Both the position numbers and the translations under genes were made by a program. This document shows, one piece after another, positions 1-10,112 of a stretch of 64,000 nt of DNA (the stretch's first letter is position 1; each line of letters opens with the position of its first letter). Below the pieces are notes generated by a model. It did not search any database, was not told the origin of the DNA, and worked only from the letters and a program-made list of their open reading frames with translations. Source of the stretch: Bacteroidales bacterium (GTDB taxonomy: Bacteria > Bacteroidota > Bacteroidia > Bacteroidales > GCA-2711565); assembly GCA_963675215.1 (NCBI GenBank), contig OY775914.1:3848149-3912148 (forward strand), given 5' to 3'.

Positions 1-117
1 AGTGATGCAAGAGGGAGTGAAGAATTTATCAAATCAGAATTTTACAGCGTAAGAGATGAAATTAAAAATGCATTTAACAAATTTTATTTAGAAGAAATTA
101 AACCTAAACTTTCATGA
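1..117 (+). CDS. 3-prime end of a gene truncated by the window edge; tail resembles LMW-phosphatase-type arsenate reductase
   Basis: Frame 1 is open from base 1 to TGA at 115-117 ([38 protein letters not shown]). The F-x-x-VRDEI tail resembles thioredoxin-coupled ArsC C-termini. The stop overlaps the acr3 ATG (ATGA at 114-117). Confidence 0.45.
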   Translation, partial: SDARGSEEFIKSEFYSVRDEIKNAFNKFYLEEIKPKLS

Positions 118-1193
118 AATCATCAAAAAAGAGATTGTCGTTTCTTGACAGATATTTAACACTCTGGATTTTCCTTGCCATGCTCTTTGGTGTTCTTTCC
201 GGATATTTCTTCCCTGATATAGCCTTGTTCTGGGATTCAATGAGTTCAGGAACAACCAATATTCCCATTGCCATTGGCTTAATAATCATGATGTATCCAC
301 CCCTTGCAAAAGTAAGGTATGAGGAACTCGGTGATGTTTTCAAAAACTTTAAAATCTTAGGATTATCACTGGTACAAAACTGGATCATTGGTCCGATTTT
401 AATGTTTGGCTTAGCAATCCTTTTCCTCCAAGATTACCCGCATTACATGGCAGGTTTAATTTTAATCGGCCTTGCACGTTGCATAGCCATGGTGATTGTA
501 TGGAATGAATTAGCTAAAGGCGATACTGAATATGCAGCAGGATTGGTAGCTTTCAATTCCATTTTTCAAGTGTTATTTTTCTCGGTTTATGCTTTCGTGT
601 TTTTAACTGTTCTTCCTGATTGGTTGGGATTACAATCCTTTAAGGTTGATATCACCATCAGTCAAATAGCAAGGAGTGTATTCATTTATTTAGGGATTCC
701 GTTTATTGCCGGATTTCTAACTCGATTTATCTTAATCCGGGTAAAAAGTAAAGAATGGTATCATACCAAATTCATTCCTAAAATCAGCCCCTTAACGCTT
801 ATCGCCTTGCTATTTACCATCATTGTAATGTTTTCGTTAAAAGGAGAAGTAATTATTAAAATTCCTTTTGATGTGATTAGAATTGCGATTCCGCTCGTCA
901 TCTATTTTGTGGTCATGTTTTTAGTTTCTTTTTTTATGGGAAAGAAAATTGGTGCCGATTATTCAAAAACCGCCTCCATTTCATTTACAGCAGCCAGTAA
1001 TAATTTTGAATTGGCAATAGCAGTCGCAATCGCTGTTTTTGGGATTAATAGCGGTGAAGCTTTTGCGGCCGTAATTGGTCCATTGGTTGAAGTTCCTGTA
1101 TTAATTATGTTGGTTAATGTTGCCCTTCGATTTCAAAAAAAATATTTTAAACCAGAAATTGATCATAAAATAAAAGATCCTGATTATTGCTAA
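114..1193 (+). CDS. acr3: ACR3-family arsenite efflux transporter
   Basis: 359 aa polytopic membrane protein. The N-terminus [16 protein letters not shown]...[18 protein letters not shown] is characteristic of the Acr3/ArsB (BART) family. Confidence 0.9.
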   Translation: MKSSKKRLSFLDRYLTLWIFLAMLFGVLSGYFFPDIALFWDSMSSGTTNIPIAIGLIIMMYPPLAKVRYEELGDVFKNFKILGLSLVQNWIIGPILMFGLAILFLQDYPHYMAGLILIGLARCIAMVIVWNELAKGDTEYAAGLVAFNSIFQVLFFSVYAFVFLTVLPDWLGLQSFKVDITISQIARSVFIYLGIPFIAGFLTRFILIRVKSKEWYHTKFIPKISPLTLIALLFTIIVMFSLKGEVIIKIPFDVIRIAIPLVIYFVVMFLVSFFMGKKIGADYSKTASISFTAASNNFELAIAVAIAVFGINSGEAFAAVIGPLVEVPVLIMLVNVALRFQKKYFKPEIDHKIKDPDYC

Positions 1194-1209
1194 TGGTTTT
1201 TATGGAACA

Positions 1210-2250
1210 TTAAAAATCTTGGGCTTCTGTATTTTTTTGCATCTCCTTGGTCGAGAGCAATCCACAGGCTGCAAAAATATCTTCCCCGCGCGAAGCACGA
1301 ATGGTAGTGGTAATCCCTTTCGCATTTAGTTTGTCTCTAAATTCAATGATTGCCTTTTCATCAGGGCTTTCGAGCGGTGAATCAGGGATGGGATGAAAAC
1401 GCAATAAATTGATCCGGCACTTTATTCCATTTAAAATTCTGGCCAATTCATTCACATGCTTTTGCGAGTCATTAAAGCCCTTAAACAAAATATATTCGAA
1501 AGAAATCCTTCTTTGCTTTCCCCATTCAAAATCACGAATTGCTTTCAGTAACTTAGGTAGATGATAAACATTTTCGATGGGCATAATTTTCTTTCTATCC
1601 TCCTCAAAAGGCGAATGCAGACTAATGGCTAAATGCGCTTTTGATTCAGCTAAAAACTGTTGCATGGCTGGGATAATTCCAATGGTAGAAACAGTAATTC
1701 GTTTTGGCGACCAGAAATAACCCCAATCGCTAGTCATAATTTCAAGAGATTTCAAAACCTCCGTTAAATTGTCGAAAGGTTCTCCCATACCCATATAAAC
1801 GATATTTGTCAAATTCTCGAATTCAGGTAAACTGTGAATTTGATTGACAATTTCGCCTGCAGTTAACTGCCCCTGAAAACCTTGCTTTCCTGTCATACAA
1901 AATAAACATCCCATCTTACAACCGATCTGCGAAGAAATACAAAGTGTGGCTCTTTCTTTGTCGGGGATGTAAGCTGATTCTATAAAATTTTTTCCTGCAG
2001 TTGGATATAAATATTTTTTAGTTCCATCAACCGAGGTTTGTGCTTTTAACGGGGCTGATAATCCAATTTCGTATTTATCCTGAAGTTTAGATCTGTTTTC
2101 TTTAGATAAATTATTCATTTCTGAAATTTCACTGATATGCTTTTTGTACAACCAATCCGCAATTTGCTTGGCTGTGAAAGCAGGCATCTCCTCCTGAGTT
2201 ACAATTTCCCGGAGCTCATTCAATGTTTTTCCAAATAATTTAGTCTTCAT
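1210..2250 (-). CDS. rlmN: 23S rRNA/tRNA adenine-C2 methyltransferase RlmN (radical SAM)
   Basis: 346 aa with the CKMGCLFCMTG radical-SAM cluster motif, GMGEP, and a conserved C-terminal Cys (FAACG). Confidence 0.92.
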   Translation of the reverse strand: MKTKLFGKTLNELREIVTQEEMPAFTAKQIADWLYKKHISEISEMNNLSKENRSKLQDKYEIGLSAPLKAQTSVDGTKKYLYPTAGKNFIESAYIPDKERATLCISSQIGCKMGCLFCMTGKQGFQGQLTAGEIVNQIHSLPEFENLTNIVYMGMGEPFDNLTEVLKSLEIMTSDWGYFWSPKRITVSTIGIIPAMQQFLAESKAHLAISLHSPFEEDRKKIMPIENVYHLPKLLKAIRDFEWGKQRRISFEYILFKGFNDSQKHVNELARILNGIKCRINLLRFHPIPDSPLESPDEKAIIEFRDKLNAKGITTTIRASRGEDIFAACGLLSTKEMQKNTEAQDF

Positions 2251-2915
2251 TAAAAATAAATTTCTGCAACAATTTGATCAAATGTAATTCCTTTCTGAAT
2301 CAAAATATCTCTTGTTTCAACAACCATTTCGGCACTCCCACAAAGATAGTATTTGTGTGCAGATGGTAATTTTTGAATTGATTTTAAATACGCTGTCAAA
2401 CGTCCTTCATATACTCCTTGACCTTTTTCCTGCGAGCTACAACGCACATACCTTTCTCCCATTGCCTTACTAAAATCATGCTTAAAATAAAATGAATTTA
2501 AAGTCCTCCCACCGTGTATAAGAACTTTATTACGTGCTAAGTTGGAATAAAACATCGAAGCAAAAGGTGCGATTCCGGTTCCCGCTGCAATCCAGTATGC
2601 AGGGTCGACAGATCCAATAAATTTCCCAAAAGGTTTTGAAACAGAGATCTGGTCTCCTTTTTTTAAATTTGACATTTGAGAAGTCAGCTTTCCGGTTGGC
2701 ACCACATTGAATAAAACCCGAACTTCCTCCTCCCCTTCTCCACTAGCTATGCTATAAAGCCTTGGTGCATCATCCAAGTCAATGGTAATTGCTACCACCT
2801 GACCTGCAATAAAATTAAATTGTCTTTGAAAAGACAAGACAAAAACACCATCAGCGATTTCAACCAGTTTTAAAACCTCAGCTTTGAAGAGTTTATATTC
2901 GGTTGAATGACTCAC
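2250..2915 (-). CDS. Ferredoxin-NADP reductase-like FAD/NAD(P)-binding oxidoreductase
   Basis: 221 aa with the RLYSIAS (RxYS FAD-binding) and GTGIAPF (NAD(P)-binding) motifs of the FNR family. Has a TAATG overlap with rlmN and an ATGA overlap with the upstream M28 gene. Confidence 0.7.
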   Translation of the reverse strand: MSHSTEYKLFKAEVLKLVEIADGVFVLSFQRQFNFIAGQVVAITIDLDDAPRLYSIASGEGEEEVRVLFNVVPTGKLTSQMSNLKKGDQISVSKPFGKFIGSVDPAYWIAAGTGIAPFASMFYSNLARNKVLIHGGRTLNSFYFKHDFSKAMGERYVRCSSQEKGQGVYEGRLTAYLKSIQKLPSAHKYYLCGSAEMVVETRDILIQKGITFDQIVAEIYF

Positions 2916-4558
2916 TTCATTGAATTTTCGCGTATGGCTCTAAATTCTGAATTTTCCGACCATTTAGGAAAAGTTTGTTCATTGGCTAATTTCATTCCAA
3001 TTTTGAAAAACAATTTAGCATCGTCAACATTCCCCGAAAAATCAGCTGTTTCCGGATTATACTCATCGGAAGGTTTGTGGTAGGTATTACTCCAATAATA
3101 ATTCACGATCGAAGCTGCATGATCTTTCCCTTTCTCAAGATGATCAGACCACCCTTTAACAAATAAGGATGGAATTCCTTGCTGTGCAAAGCTGAAATGG
3201 TCAGAACGATAATACATTCCTTTTTCAGGATAAGGCTCTTCCATAATATACCTGTCTTGCTCAGCTGCTGCTTCTTCTACGTATTTGTCAAGGTCTGACT
3301 GTCCAAATCCTGTAATCGTCACATCTTTCATTCTTCCCATCGGAATAAATAACTCATAATTTAAATTGGCTGCGGTTTTTTGTGCAGGAATTACCGGATT
3401 ATTGGCGTAATATTTTGACCCCAATAAACCAGATTCTTCTGCCGTGATAGCCAGGAAAATTACGGTCCGTCGTGGTCTTTGCTTCAATTTACTAAAGGCT
3501 TTTGCCGTTTCTAACATACTGGCAACCGGAACCCCATTATCGGCAAATCCATTATAAATTGAATCTCCATCCATAACCGGACCAATCCCAAAATGATCCC
3601 AGTGAGCCGTATATACAATACACTCATCGGCTAAATCTGTTCCATTCAGCTTGGCCAATACATTTTTTGAAGTGGCAAAACGCAAAGTATTATTCATGAC
3701 AACACTGAGCTTTGTATTCAGGTTCACCGATTTAAAATTTCCGCTTAAGGCTTCTTCTGTCAAATCTGTAAAATCCAATCCACATTTTTCAAATAATTTA
3801 ACGGCCGCATTATCAGTTATCCATCCATTTAACGGGCAATTCGATAAGTTGCCGTCATCAGATTGTATGAAGAGCTTATTATCTGCGGTGTTGGTTAATA
3901 CCTGCCAGGGATACCCTGCACCATCCGTACTGTGAATAACCAGTACCCCTTTTGCTCCCTGTCTTGCTGCTTCTTCAAATTTATAGGACCATCTTCCATA
4001 ATAAGTCATTGCATTACCATTAAATAAATCCGGATCCTGGGTTGCAAATCCGGGATCATTAACCAGCACTAATACAACTTTATCCTTACAATCTAAATTT
4101 TCATAATCATTCCAGTTAAATTCAGGTGCAACAATACCATAACCGGCAAAAACCAGTTCCGAATTTTCGATATTGATTTGCTCCACAATATGACTGGTTG
4201 AAAAAATATAATCCTTAATGAGTTCTAATTCCACTTTTCCTTTCGGAGCAATCAGCTCAATTTTTTCAGGAGATCCAAAACTAATCTCAACCATAGGTAC
4301 ATCCTGAAAATAGCTGCCATTATTAGCACCTTCCAATCCAAGTTCTTCGAATGCTGATTTCAAATAATTTATGGTTATTTCTTCTCCTTCAGTAAAGGGC
4401 TGACGACCCAAGAATTCGTCCGACCCGAGTGTTATGGCATGCTTTGCAAGGTCAGTGGCATTAATACTATTTTCAGCCTGTTGAATATCAGACTCTTGCT
4501 GCGTACAACTTCCAAATGCTGCTAATAATAAAATAAAAGGTACAATTTTAAATTTCAT
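2912..4558 (-). CDS. Secreted M28-family aminopeptidase with PA domain
   Basis: 548 aa with a signal/lipoprotein-like N-terminus (LLLAAFGSC). Metal-binding motifs HWDHFG, AEESGLLGS and SDHFSF are typical of M28. Confidence 0.8.
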   Translation of the reverse strand: MKFKIVPFILLLAAFGSCTQQESDIQQAENSINATDLAKHAITLGSDEFLGRQPFTEGEEITINYLKSAFEELGLEGANNGSYFQDVPMVEISFGSPEKIELIAPKGKVELELIKDYIFSTSHIVEQINIENSELVFAGYGIVAPEFNWNDYENLDCKDKVVLVLVNDPGFATQDPDLFNGNAMTYYGRWSYKFEEAARQGAKGVLVIHSTDGAGYPWQVLTNTADNKLFIQSDDGNLSNCPLNGWITDNAAVKLFEKCGLDFTDLTEEALSGNFKSVNLNTKLSVVMNNTLRFATSKNVLAKLNGTDLADECIVYTAHWDHFGIGPVMDGDSIYNGFADNGVPVASMLETAKAFSKLKQRPRRTVIFLAITAEESGLLGSKYYANNPVIPAQKTAANLNYELFIPMGRMKDVTITGFGQSDLDKYVEEAAAEQDRYIMEEPYPEKGMYYRSDHFSFAQQGIPSLFVKGWSDHLEKGKDHAASIVNYYWSNTYHKPSDEYNPETADFSGNVDDAKLFFKIGMKLANEQTFPKWSENSEFRAIRENSMK

Positions 4559-4670
4559 GATTTATGGTTTTTTCCTGAAAATTACGATATTTTCACCATA
4601 AAACTGAAAGATGATTCAATTAATTTGAGAATTCTTTTTTATAAAAATGCATTGTAAATTTTTAAAAGAG

Positions 4671-5813
4671 CTATTGGATTTCCATCCATTTCAGTGCTGA
4701 TTCGAGTGATAAAATGTCAACGTAATGCCCTCCTTCAAAAAGCTGGAGTTTAACATCATAGTCAAACTTTTTTAAGATTTTTTTTGCTGCTACAGCACTC
4801 TTATTCACATTTCCATCATCCTTACCATGGGCGATAAAAACTTTTAACTTATTACCTTTTTCAATATTCTCTTCTGAAAGAAACCAAGGATATTTTTCAT
4901 AATCTGGTAATCTGGCGCCAAAACATATAATCCCATCAAAATGATCCGGATTTTTGATTCCGGTTACATAGGCATAACCTCCACCTTGCGAAAACCCGAG
5001 AATATAACTTTTCCCAATTGAATAATTCTGGGCCATGTATTTTTTTACATTCACAATAAATTCAGGACTAAGATTGTCTGCCCTTTTATATAACTCCAAA
5101 CTACGAACTCCAATCTCCCACGAGAAACTTGTATTTCTTTTATAAGTATCAGGATTTGCCTCATATGGAGCTTCCGGTATAACCAAGATAAATGAGTGAT
5201 TGGTAATATTCGACCATAATTTTGTAAACTCTTCGGCCGTACCTCCAAATCCATGCATCCCGATCACCAATGGATATTCCGTATCAGTTTGATAATTATC
5301 TGGTAACAGCACCCTGCATTTCATCAGCATTTCACCTTTAACATAAATATTCTCTCCTAATTCTTTCCCGAAATCCTGAACATCTTGAAATTGCGTATTA
5401 AAATATGAATCTTGCATTAATGTTTTGAAAGCTGCATCCTCTTTGATAAACGTGAAATTGTTGAAGCCTTCATTAATCGCCATAATTAAAAAATTGGTCG
5501 CATACCTTGATTGGCCAAGATATGCATAACATCTTGCCAAATTATAATGTGAATTAGCATCACTGATATCATGTGAAATGATATATAAATAAAACCTGGC
5601 GGCAAGCATGAAGTCTTTCTGCAACATGGCCTCATAAGCCCTATTCTTTAAATCTGGCAAATCAATTTGAGAGAGCTCAGTCATATCAAAAGTAAGCGGA
5701 CTTATCTTCATAATTTCAGGAAACTTAGCCTGATTATTTTCAGTTTCCTGAGCATTAAGCTTGTTGCTAACGATGGTGAGTGCAACAAATAAAATAAAAA
5801 TCTTTTGGATCAT
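4671..5813 (-). CDS. Secreted alpha/beta hydrolase (phospholipase/carboxylesterase family) with N-terminal TPR-like region
   Basis: 380 aa with a signal peptide. Has the GFSQGG nucleophile elbow, AHGKDDGNV (Asp) and GGHY (His) as a catalytic-triad pattern. Confidence 0.6.
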   Translation of the reverse strand: MIQKIFILFVALTIVSNKLNAQETENNQAKFPEIMKISPLTFDMTELSQIDLPDLKNRAYEAMLQKDFMLAARFYLYIISHDISDANSHYNLARCYAYLGQSRYATNFLIMAINEGFNNFTFIKEDAAFKTLMQDSYFNTQFQDVQDFGKELGENIYVKGEMLMKCRVLLPDNYQTDTEYPLVIGMHGFGGTAEEFTKLWSNITNHSFILVIPEAPYEANPDTYKRNTSFSWEIGVRSLELYKRADNLSPEFIVNVKKYMAQNYSIGKSYILGFSQGGGYAYVTGIKNPDHFDGIICFGARLPDYEKYPWFLSEENIEKGNKLKVFIAHGKDDGNVNKSAVAAKKILKKFDYDVKLQLFEGGHYVDILSLESALKWMEIQ

Positions 5814-5856
5814 TTCTATCAGATTTATTATTGAATACTCACGAAAAAAACATCAT

Positions 5857-7389
5857 CTAAAGAGCTTCAGTAAGCAATGCAACTATGGTTTTAATTCCAT
5901 CATTATAGTTCCCCAACCTTAAATTCTCATTTGGGCTGTGTTGATTATTGTCCAAATTAACGGTTGGCAAAATCAGGGCTTCTATTCCCAGTTTACTAAT
6001 AAATTGTGAAACCGGAACAGTTCCTCCTGTTGTACGAACCCTTACAGGTTTTTCTTCAAATGCCTTGATCATTGATCGATTCACCCATTCTCCAATTTCA
6101 GAATCAAAATCCGTTCGAAATGCCATATTCCCAAATTCATATGAAAACATCGCAATTCGTTGATGTTCTTTTCGTTCTTTATCACTAGGAAGATGATCAA
6201 CGAGGTAAAAACCCTGCGCAACAATATGACTTCTGACCAAATTAATTAAGCGTAACGCATCGCTTTCGAATACTAAACGAATATCAATATTGGCCGTTGC
6301 AGTGCTTGGAACTATGGTTCTGGCTTCATCGCCAATCCAACCCGACGCCATCCCTCTGATATTTAAAGAAGGGTACTGTAATGATTGTTGATAATCTGCT
6401 CCAACTTTATCTGGAATGGCAATTCCAAGTTTCGCATTAATTTCATTGGCATCATCAGGCACTTCATTTAAAATTTCTAAAGTTTGATTATCTAATTTGA
6501 TCCCATCATAAAAACCAGGAATGACCACCTTCCCCTCTTCATCCTTCATTGAAGAAAGCAGTTGTGATAAATTAAGAGCCGGATTGGGAGCATAATTTCC
6601 GTAATGGCCGCTATGCTGTGCGAATTTTGGGCCAAAAACCGTTATTTCAATTTCGGCCAATCCGCGACATCCAAAAAAGATACTTGGCCTATTGCTAATA
6701 TGCCTAGGACCGTCAAAAATCAACATCATATCTGCAGCTAGCAACTCACGGTAATTATCCACAATCTCTGGTAAATTTGGGGATCCTATTTCTTCTTCTC
6801 CATCCATAATTACCTTTATATTAAAGCGGGCTTTATGACTATTTGCATTTAAAACATCCATGGCAGAAAGCAACATCATTATGGGTGATTTATCGTCCGA
6901 AGATGCCCTGCAAAAAATTCTCAATTCATCATTAGACGTTGCATTAATCCGATCCCAATCTATAATTTCCCACAGGCCTGCTTCATTATTTTCCTTCAAA
7001 ACCGGAACATAAGGATTTGGCTGATCCCACTTTGAAGAGTCCACAGCCTGACCATCGAGATGAAAATAAAACAGTACGGTTTTTAAATGAGGGTCTAATA
7101 TTTTCTCAGCAAACAAAGCTGGGTTTCCTGATGACTTTAGCACCTTTGTAGTAAAATCTCTCTTTTTAAAAGCCTGATCAAGCCAATCTATATTTTCCAT
7201 TATCTGATTTAAATAATGAGAATCATTGGGGATACTCAAAAATTCAATTAGTTCAACATAGGATTGTTCAAGATGAGGCTGAACCCAAATATCAATCTTG
7301 CTTTTATCAACGATCTGAGCGTTAATTTGATTAAAAACCGTGAAGAACACAATTGAAAGAAGGGTAACCATTCTACTTCGCGAAACCAT
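5857..7389 (-). CDS. Secreted M20/M25/M40-family dipeptidase
   Basis: 510 aa with a signal peptide. HLDGQ, SSDDKSP and DGEEEIGS motifs are typical of M20 metallopeptidases. Confidence 0.75.
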   Translation of the reverse strand: MVSRSRMVTLLSIVFFTVFNQINAQIVDKSKIDIWVQPHLEQSYVELIEFLSIPNDSHYLNQIMENIDWLDQAFKKRDFTTKVLKSSGNPALFAEKILDPHLKTVLFYFHLDGQAVDSSKWDQPNPYVPVLKENNEAGLWEIIDWDRINATSNDELRIFCRASSDDKSPIMMLLSAMDVLNANSHKARFNIKVIMDGEEEIGSPNLPEIVDNYRELLAADMMLIFDGPRHISNRPSIFFGCRGLAEIEITVFGPKFAQHSGHYGNYAPNPALNLSQLLSSMKDEEGKVVIPGFYDGIKLDNQTLEILNEVPDDANEINAKLGIAIPDKVGADYQQSLQYPSLNIRGMASGWIGDEARTIVPSTATANIDIRLVFESDALRLINLVRSHIVAQGFYLVDHLPSDKERKEHQRIAMFSYEFGNMAFRTDFDSEIGEWVNRSMIKAFEEKPVRVRTTGGTVPVSQFISKLGIEALILPTVNLDNNQHSPNENLRLGNYNDGIKTIVALLTEAL

Positions 7390-7423
7390 AATATTTTATT
7401 TAAGGTGAATAAAAATAAATTGC

Positions 7424-7446
7424 TTCTAAATTAACCAAATTTAGAA
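7424..7446. repeat. Perfect 9-bp inverted repeat (TTCTAAATT-aacca-AATTTAGAA) in the divergent M20/M1 promoter region
   Basis: Read directly from the sequence. Function unknown, and AT-rich palindromes can arise by chance. Confidence 0.5.
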
Positions 7447-7498
7447 TTTAATTACTAAAATGGTTACATTTAAAGCATTAAATTAAAGCTGCTTTAAC

Positions 7499-10090
7499 AT
7501 GAAAAATGCATCCAAAATCCTATCAATACTCCTGATTTGTAGTCTCATATTTTCAGGTTGTAATCAAACCCAAGAAATTGATATTGTTCAAGGAGTTTCA
7601 AAGGCCATTGCTGAATACCGAACCCAGAGCATTTCAAATATTGAATATGATTTAAAATTTATAATTCCTGATTCAATTCATCAGGAAATAAATGCTGAAA
7701 TGGATATTCAGTTTGAATTAAAAACTATTACACAACCATTAATTTTGGATTTTAGTGCATCCCCCGACTTTATCAAAAGTGTTGTAACCAATGAGACCAA
7801 TTCATTTGAAATATTAAACGGCCATGTGCTTATTCCCCGCTCATCTTTAAAAAAAGGAGAAAACAAAATTCAACTGAATTTTAGAGCTGGCGAAACTTCA
7901 TTAAACCGGAATAAAGAATTTTTATATACTTTGTTTGTTCCCGATCGTGCATCAACTGCTTTTCCTTGTTTTGATCAGCCCGACATGAAAGCCAAATACA
8001 CCTTAGAAATTGAGATGCCTGAAAGCTGGACTGCCGTTTCAAATGCTGCGGAAGAAAAAACATATATTAAGGATGGCCGAAATACCATGCGCTTTGCTCA
8101 AACCGAAAAATTAAGCACCTATCTGTTTTCTTTTGTGGCTGGCAAATTCGAGAGAGTTACACGAAACATTGAGAGCAGAGAAATGACCATGCTTCATCGT
8201 GAGCCGGACTCAAATTTAGTGGCGCGTAATCTTGATCAAATATTTGAATTGCACGCTAAAGCACTTAATTGGTTAGAGGACTACACCCAAATTAAATACC
8301 CTTTTCAGAAATTCGATTTTGTTGCCATTCCGTTTTTTCAATATGGGGGGATGGAACATGCAGGTGCAATTCAGTATCGTTCTAATTCTTTATTCTTAGA
8401 AGAAAATGCTACTCAAAATCAAAAACTCGGACGTGCGGGGTTAATCTCACACGAAACTTCACATATGTGGTTCGGAGATTTTGTAACCATGAAGTGGTTT
8501 GATGATGTTTGGTTGAAAGAAGTTTTCGCCGGCTTTATGTCTGATAAAATAGTTGGACCCAGTTTCCCTGATATTAATCACGATCTTAAATTTTTATTGG
8601 GGCATTATCCTGCCTCTTATCAGGTTGATCGGAGTTTAGGTGCCAACCCCATTGGGCAGCAACTTGACAATATGAAAGATGCCGGCACGCTTTATGGCGG
8701 GATTATTTACAACAAAGCACCCATCGTGATGCGGCATCTAGAAGAATTGATGGGTAAAGAAAAATTACAATATGGATTACAGGAATATTTGAAAACGTAT
8801 GCATATGGCGACGCAACCTGGGATCAACTCATTCAAATTTTGAATACGTATACCGAAATGGATTTGGAAGCCTGGAGTAATATTTGGATTAAAGAAGCTG
8901 GGATGCCTACCATCACAACAGTCATCGAATCTGAATCAAATAAAATTACAACCCTCAAAATTAGTCAGGATGACCCTTTTAAGCAAAATCGGGTTTGGCC
9001 ACAATATTTAGCCCTTGAACTGGTTTATGAAGATGCGAATAAAAACATCTTATACAACCTAAATTTTAATAAATCTGAGATTGAGTTAGATGACTTGACG
9101 GATACTGAAACACCACTAATGATCACATCCAATAGTAAAGGAATGGGTTACGGTTATTTCGAGTTGGATGAAATCAGTAAAGCTTATTTAATGCAACATA
9201 TTCATGTGTTGAAAGATCCGCTAAAAAGAGGTATTGCATGGCTAACGCTGTGGGAGAATATGTTAAACAACAATTTAGATAAAACAGCATTATTTAAACT
9301 TCAATTAAGCGCATTATCACAAGAGACTGATCCGCTATTAGTTGGAAAAATTTTATCTCAAACCTCCGAAATATTCTGGCAATTCTTTAATTCAAATGAA
9401 CGAGAGAAATTCGGGATTGAAACCGAACAATTGCTTTGGAATTTGATCAATAAAACCAGAGATGCCGGTCTTAAAAAGAATTACTTCAACACCTTTGAAA
9501 GCGTGGCTTTAAGTCAGGATGCAATTACAAAACTCTACAATATATGGAAAGGTAATTTGAAGGTTGAGAAATTAAATTTATCAGATAACGACCAAACCGG
9601 CTTAGCTTATAATATGGCTTTGAAGACCCCTGAGAAAAGTAAAAATATTTTAGAAGAACAGTTGAGCCGAATAAGCAATCCTGATCGGAAGGAACAAATA
9701 AAGTTTGTTACTCCTGCTTTATCAAATATTGACAGTGAAAGAGATTTGTTCTTTCAAAGTTTAAAGAATCCTGTTAATCGAGAACACGAACGATGGGTGA
9801 TAACCGGTTTAAATTATTTGAACCATCCACTTCGTTCTAACTACTCAATTAAATATTTATATGAAAGCCTGGAGCTCCTGCAAGAGATCCAATTAACTGG
9901 GGATATCTTTTTCCCAAAGCAATGGTTGGATGCAATTATGGGTGGTTATCAATCAAAAGAGGCCAATGAAATTGTGAATCAGTTTTTACAATCACATCCT
10001 GATTATCCTGAAAACTTGAAAGGTAAAATTCTACAATCTGCGGATTTTATAAGGCGTTCACAGTTAATTGTAAATAATTCGATAAATTAG
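7499..10090 (+). CDS. M1-family aminopeptidase (aminopeptidase N-like), lipoprotein
   Basis: 863 aa with a lipoprotein-like signal (IFSGC). Has GGMEHAG (GxMEN-like) and HETSHMWFGD...WLKEVFA (HExxH-18-E zinc site). Confidence 0.88.
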   Translation: MKNASKILSILLICSLIFSGCNQTQEIDIVQGVSKAIAEYRTQSISNIEYDLKFIIPDSIHQEINAEMDIQFELKTITQPLILDFSASPDFIKSVVTNETNSFEILNGHVLIPRSSLKKGENKIQLNFRAGETSLNRNKEFLYTLFVPDRASTAFPCFDQPDMKAKYTLEIEMPESWTAVSNAAEEKTYIKDGRNTMRFAQTEKLSTYLFSFVAGKFERVTRNIESREMTMLHREPDSNLVARNLDQIFELHAKALNWLEDYTQIKYPFQKFDFVAIPFFQYGGMEHAGAIQYRSNSLFLEENATQNQKLGRAGLISHETSHMWFGDFVTMKWFDDVWLKEVFAGFMSDKIVGPSFPDINHDLKFLLGHYPASYQVDRSLGANPIGQQLDNMKDAGTLYGGIIYNKAPIVMRHLEELMGKEKLQYGLQEYLKTYAYGDATWDQLIQILNTYTEMDLEAWSNIWIKEAGMPTITTVIESESNKITTLKISQDDPFKQNRVWPQYLALELVYEDANKNILYNLNFNKSEIELDDLTDTETPLMITSNSKGMGYGYFELDEISKAYLMQHIHVLKDPLKRGIAWLTLWENMLNNNLDKTALFKLQLSALSQETDPLLVGKILSQTSEIFWQFFNSNEREKFGIETEQLLWNLINKTRDAGLKKNYFNTFESVALSQDAITKLYNIWKGNLKVEKLNLSDNDQTGLAYNMALKTPEKSKNILEEQLSRISNPDRKEQIKFVTPALSNIDSERDLFFQSLKNPVNREHERWVITGLNYLNHPLRSNYSIKYLYESLELLQEIQLTGDIFFPKQWLDAIMGGYQSKEANEIVNQFLQSHPDYPENLKGKILQSADFIRRSQLIVNNSIN

Positions 10091-10112
10091 GCTGAATAAA
10101 TGATTAATTGAA

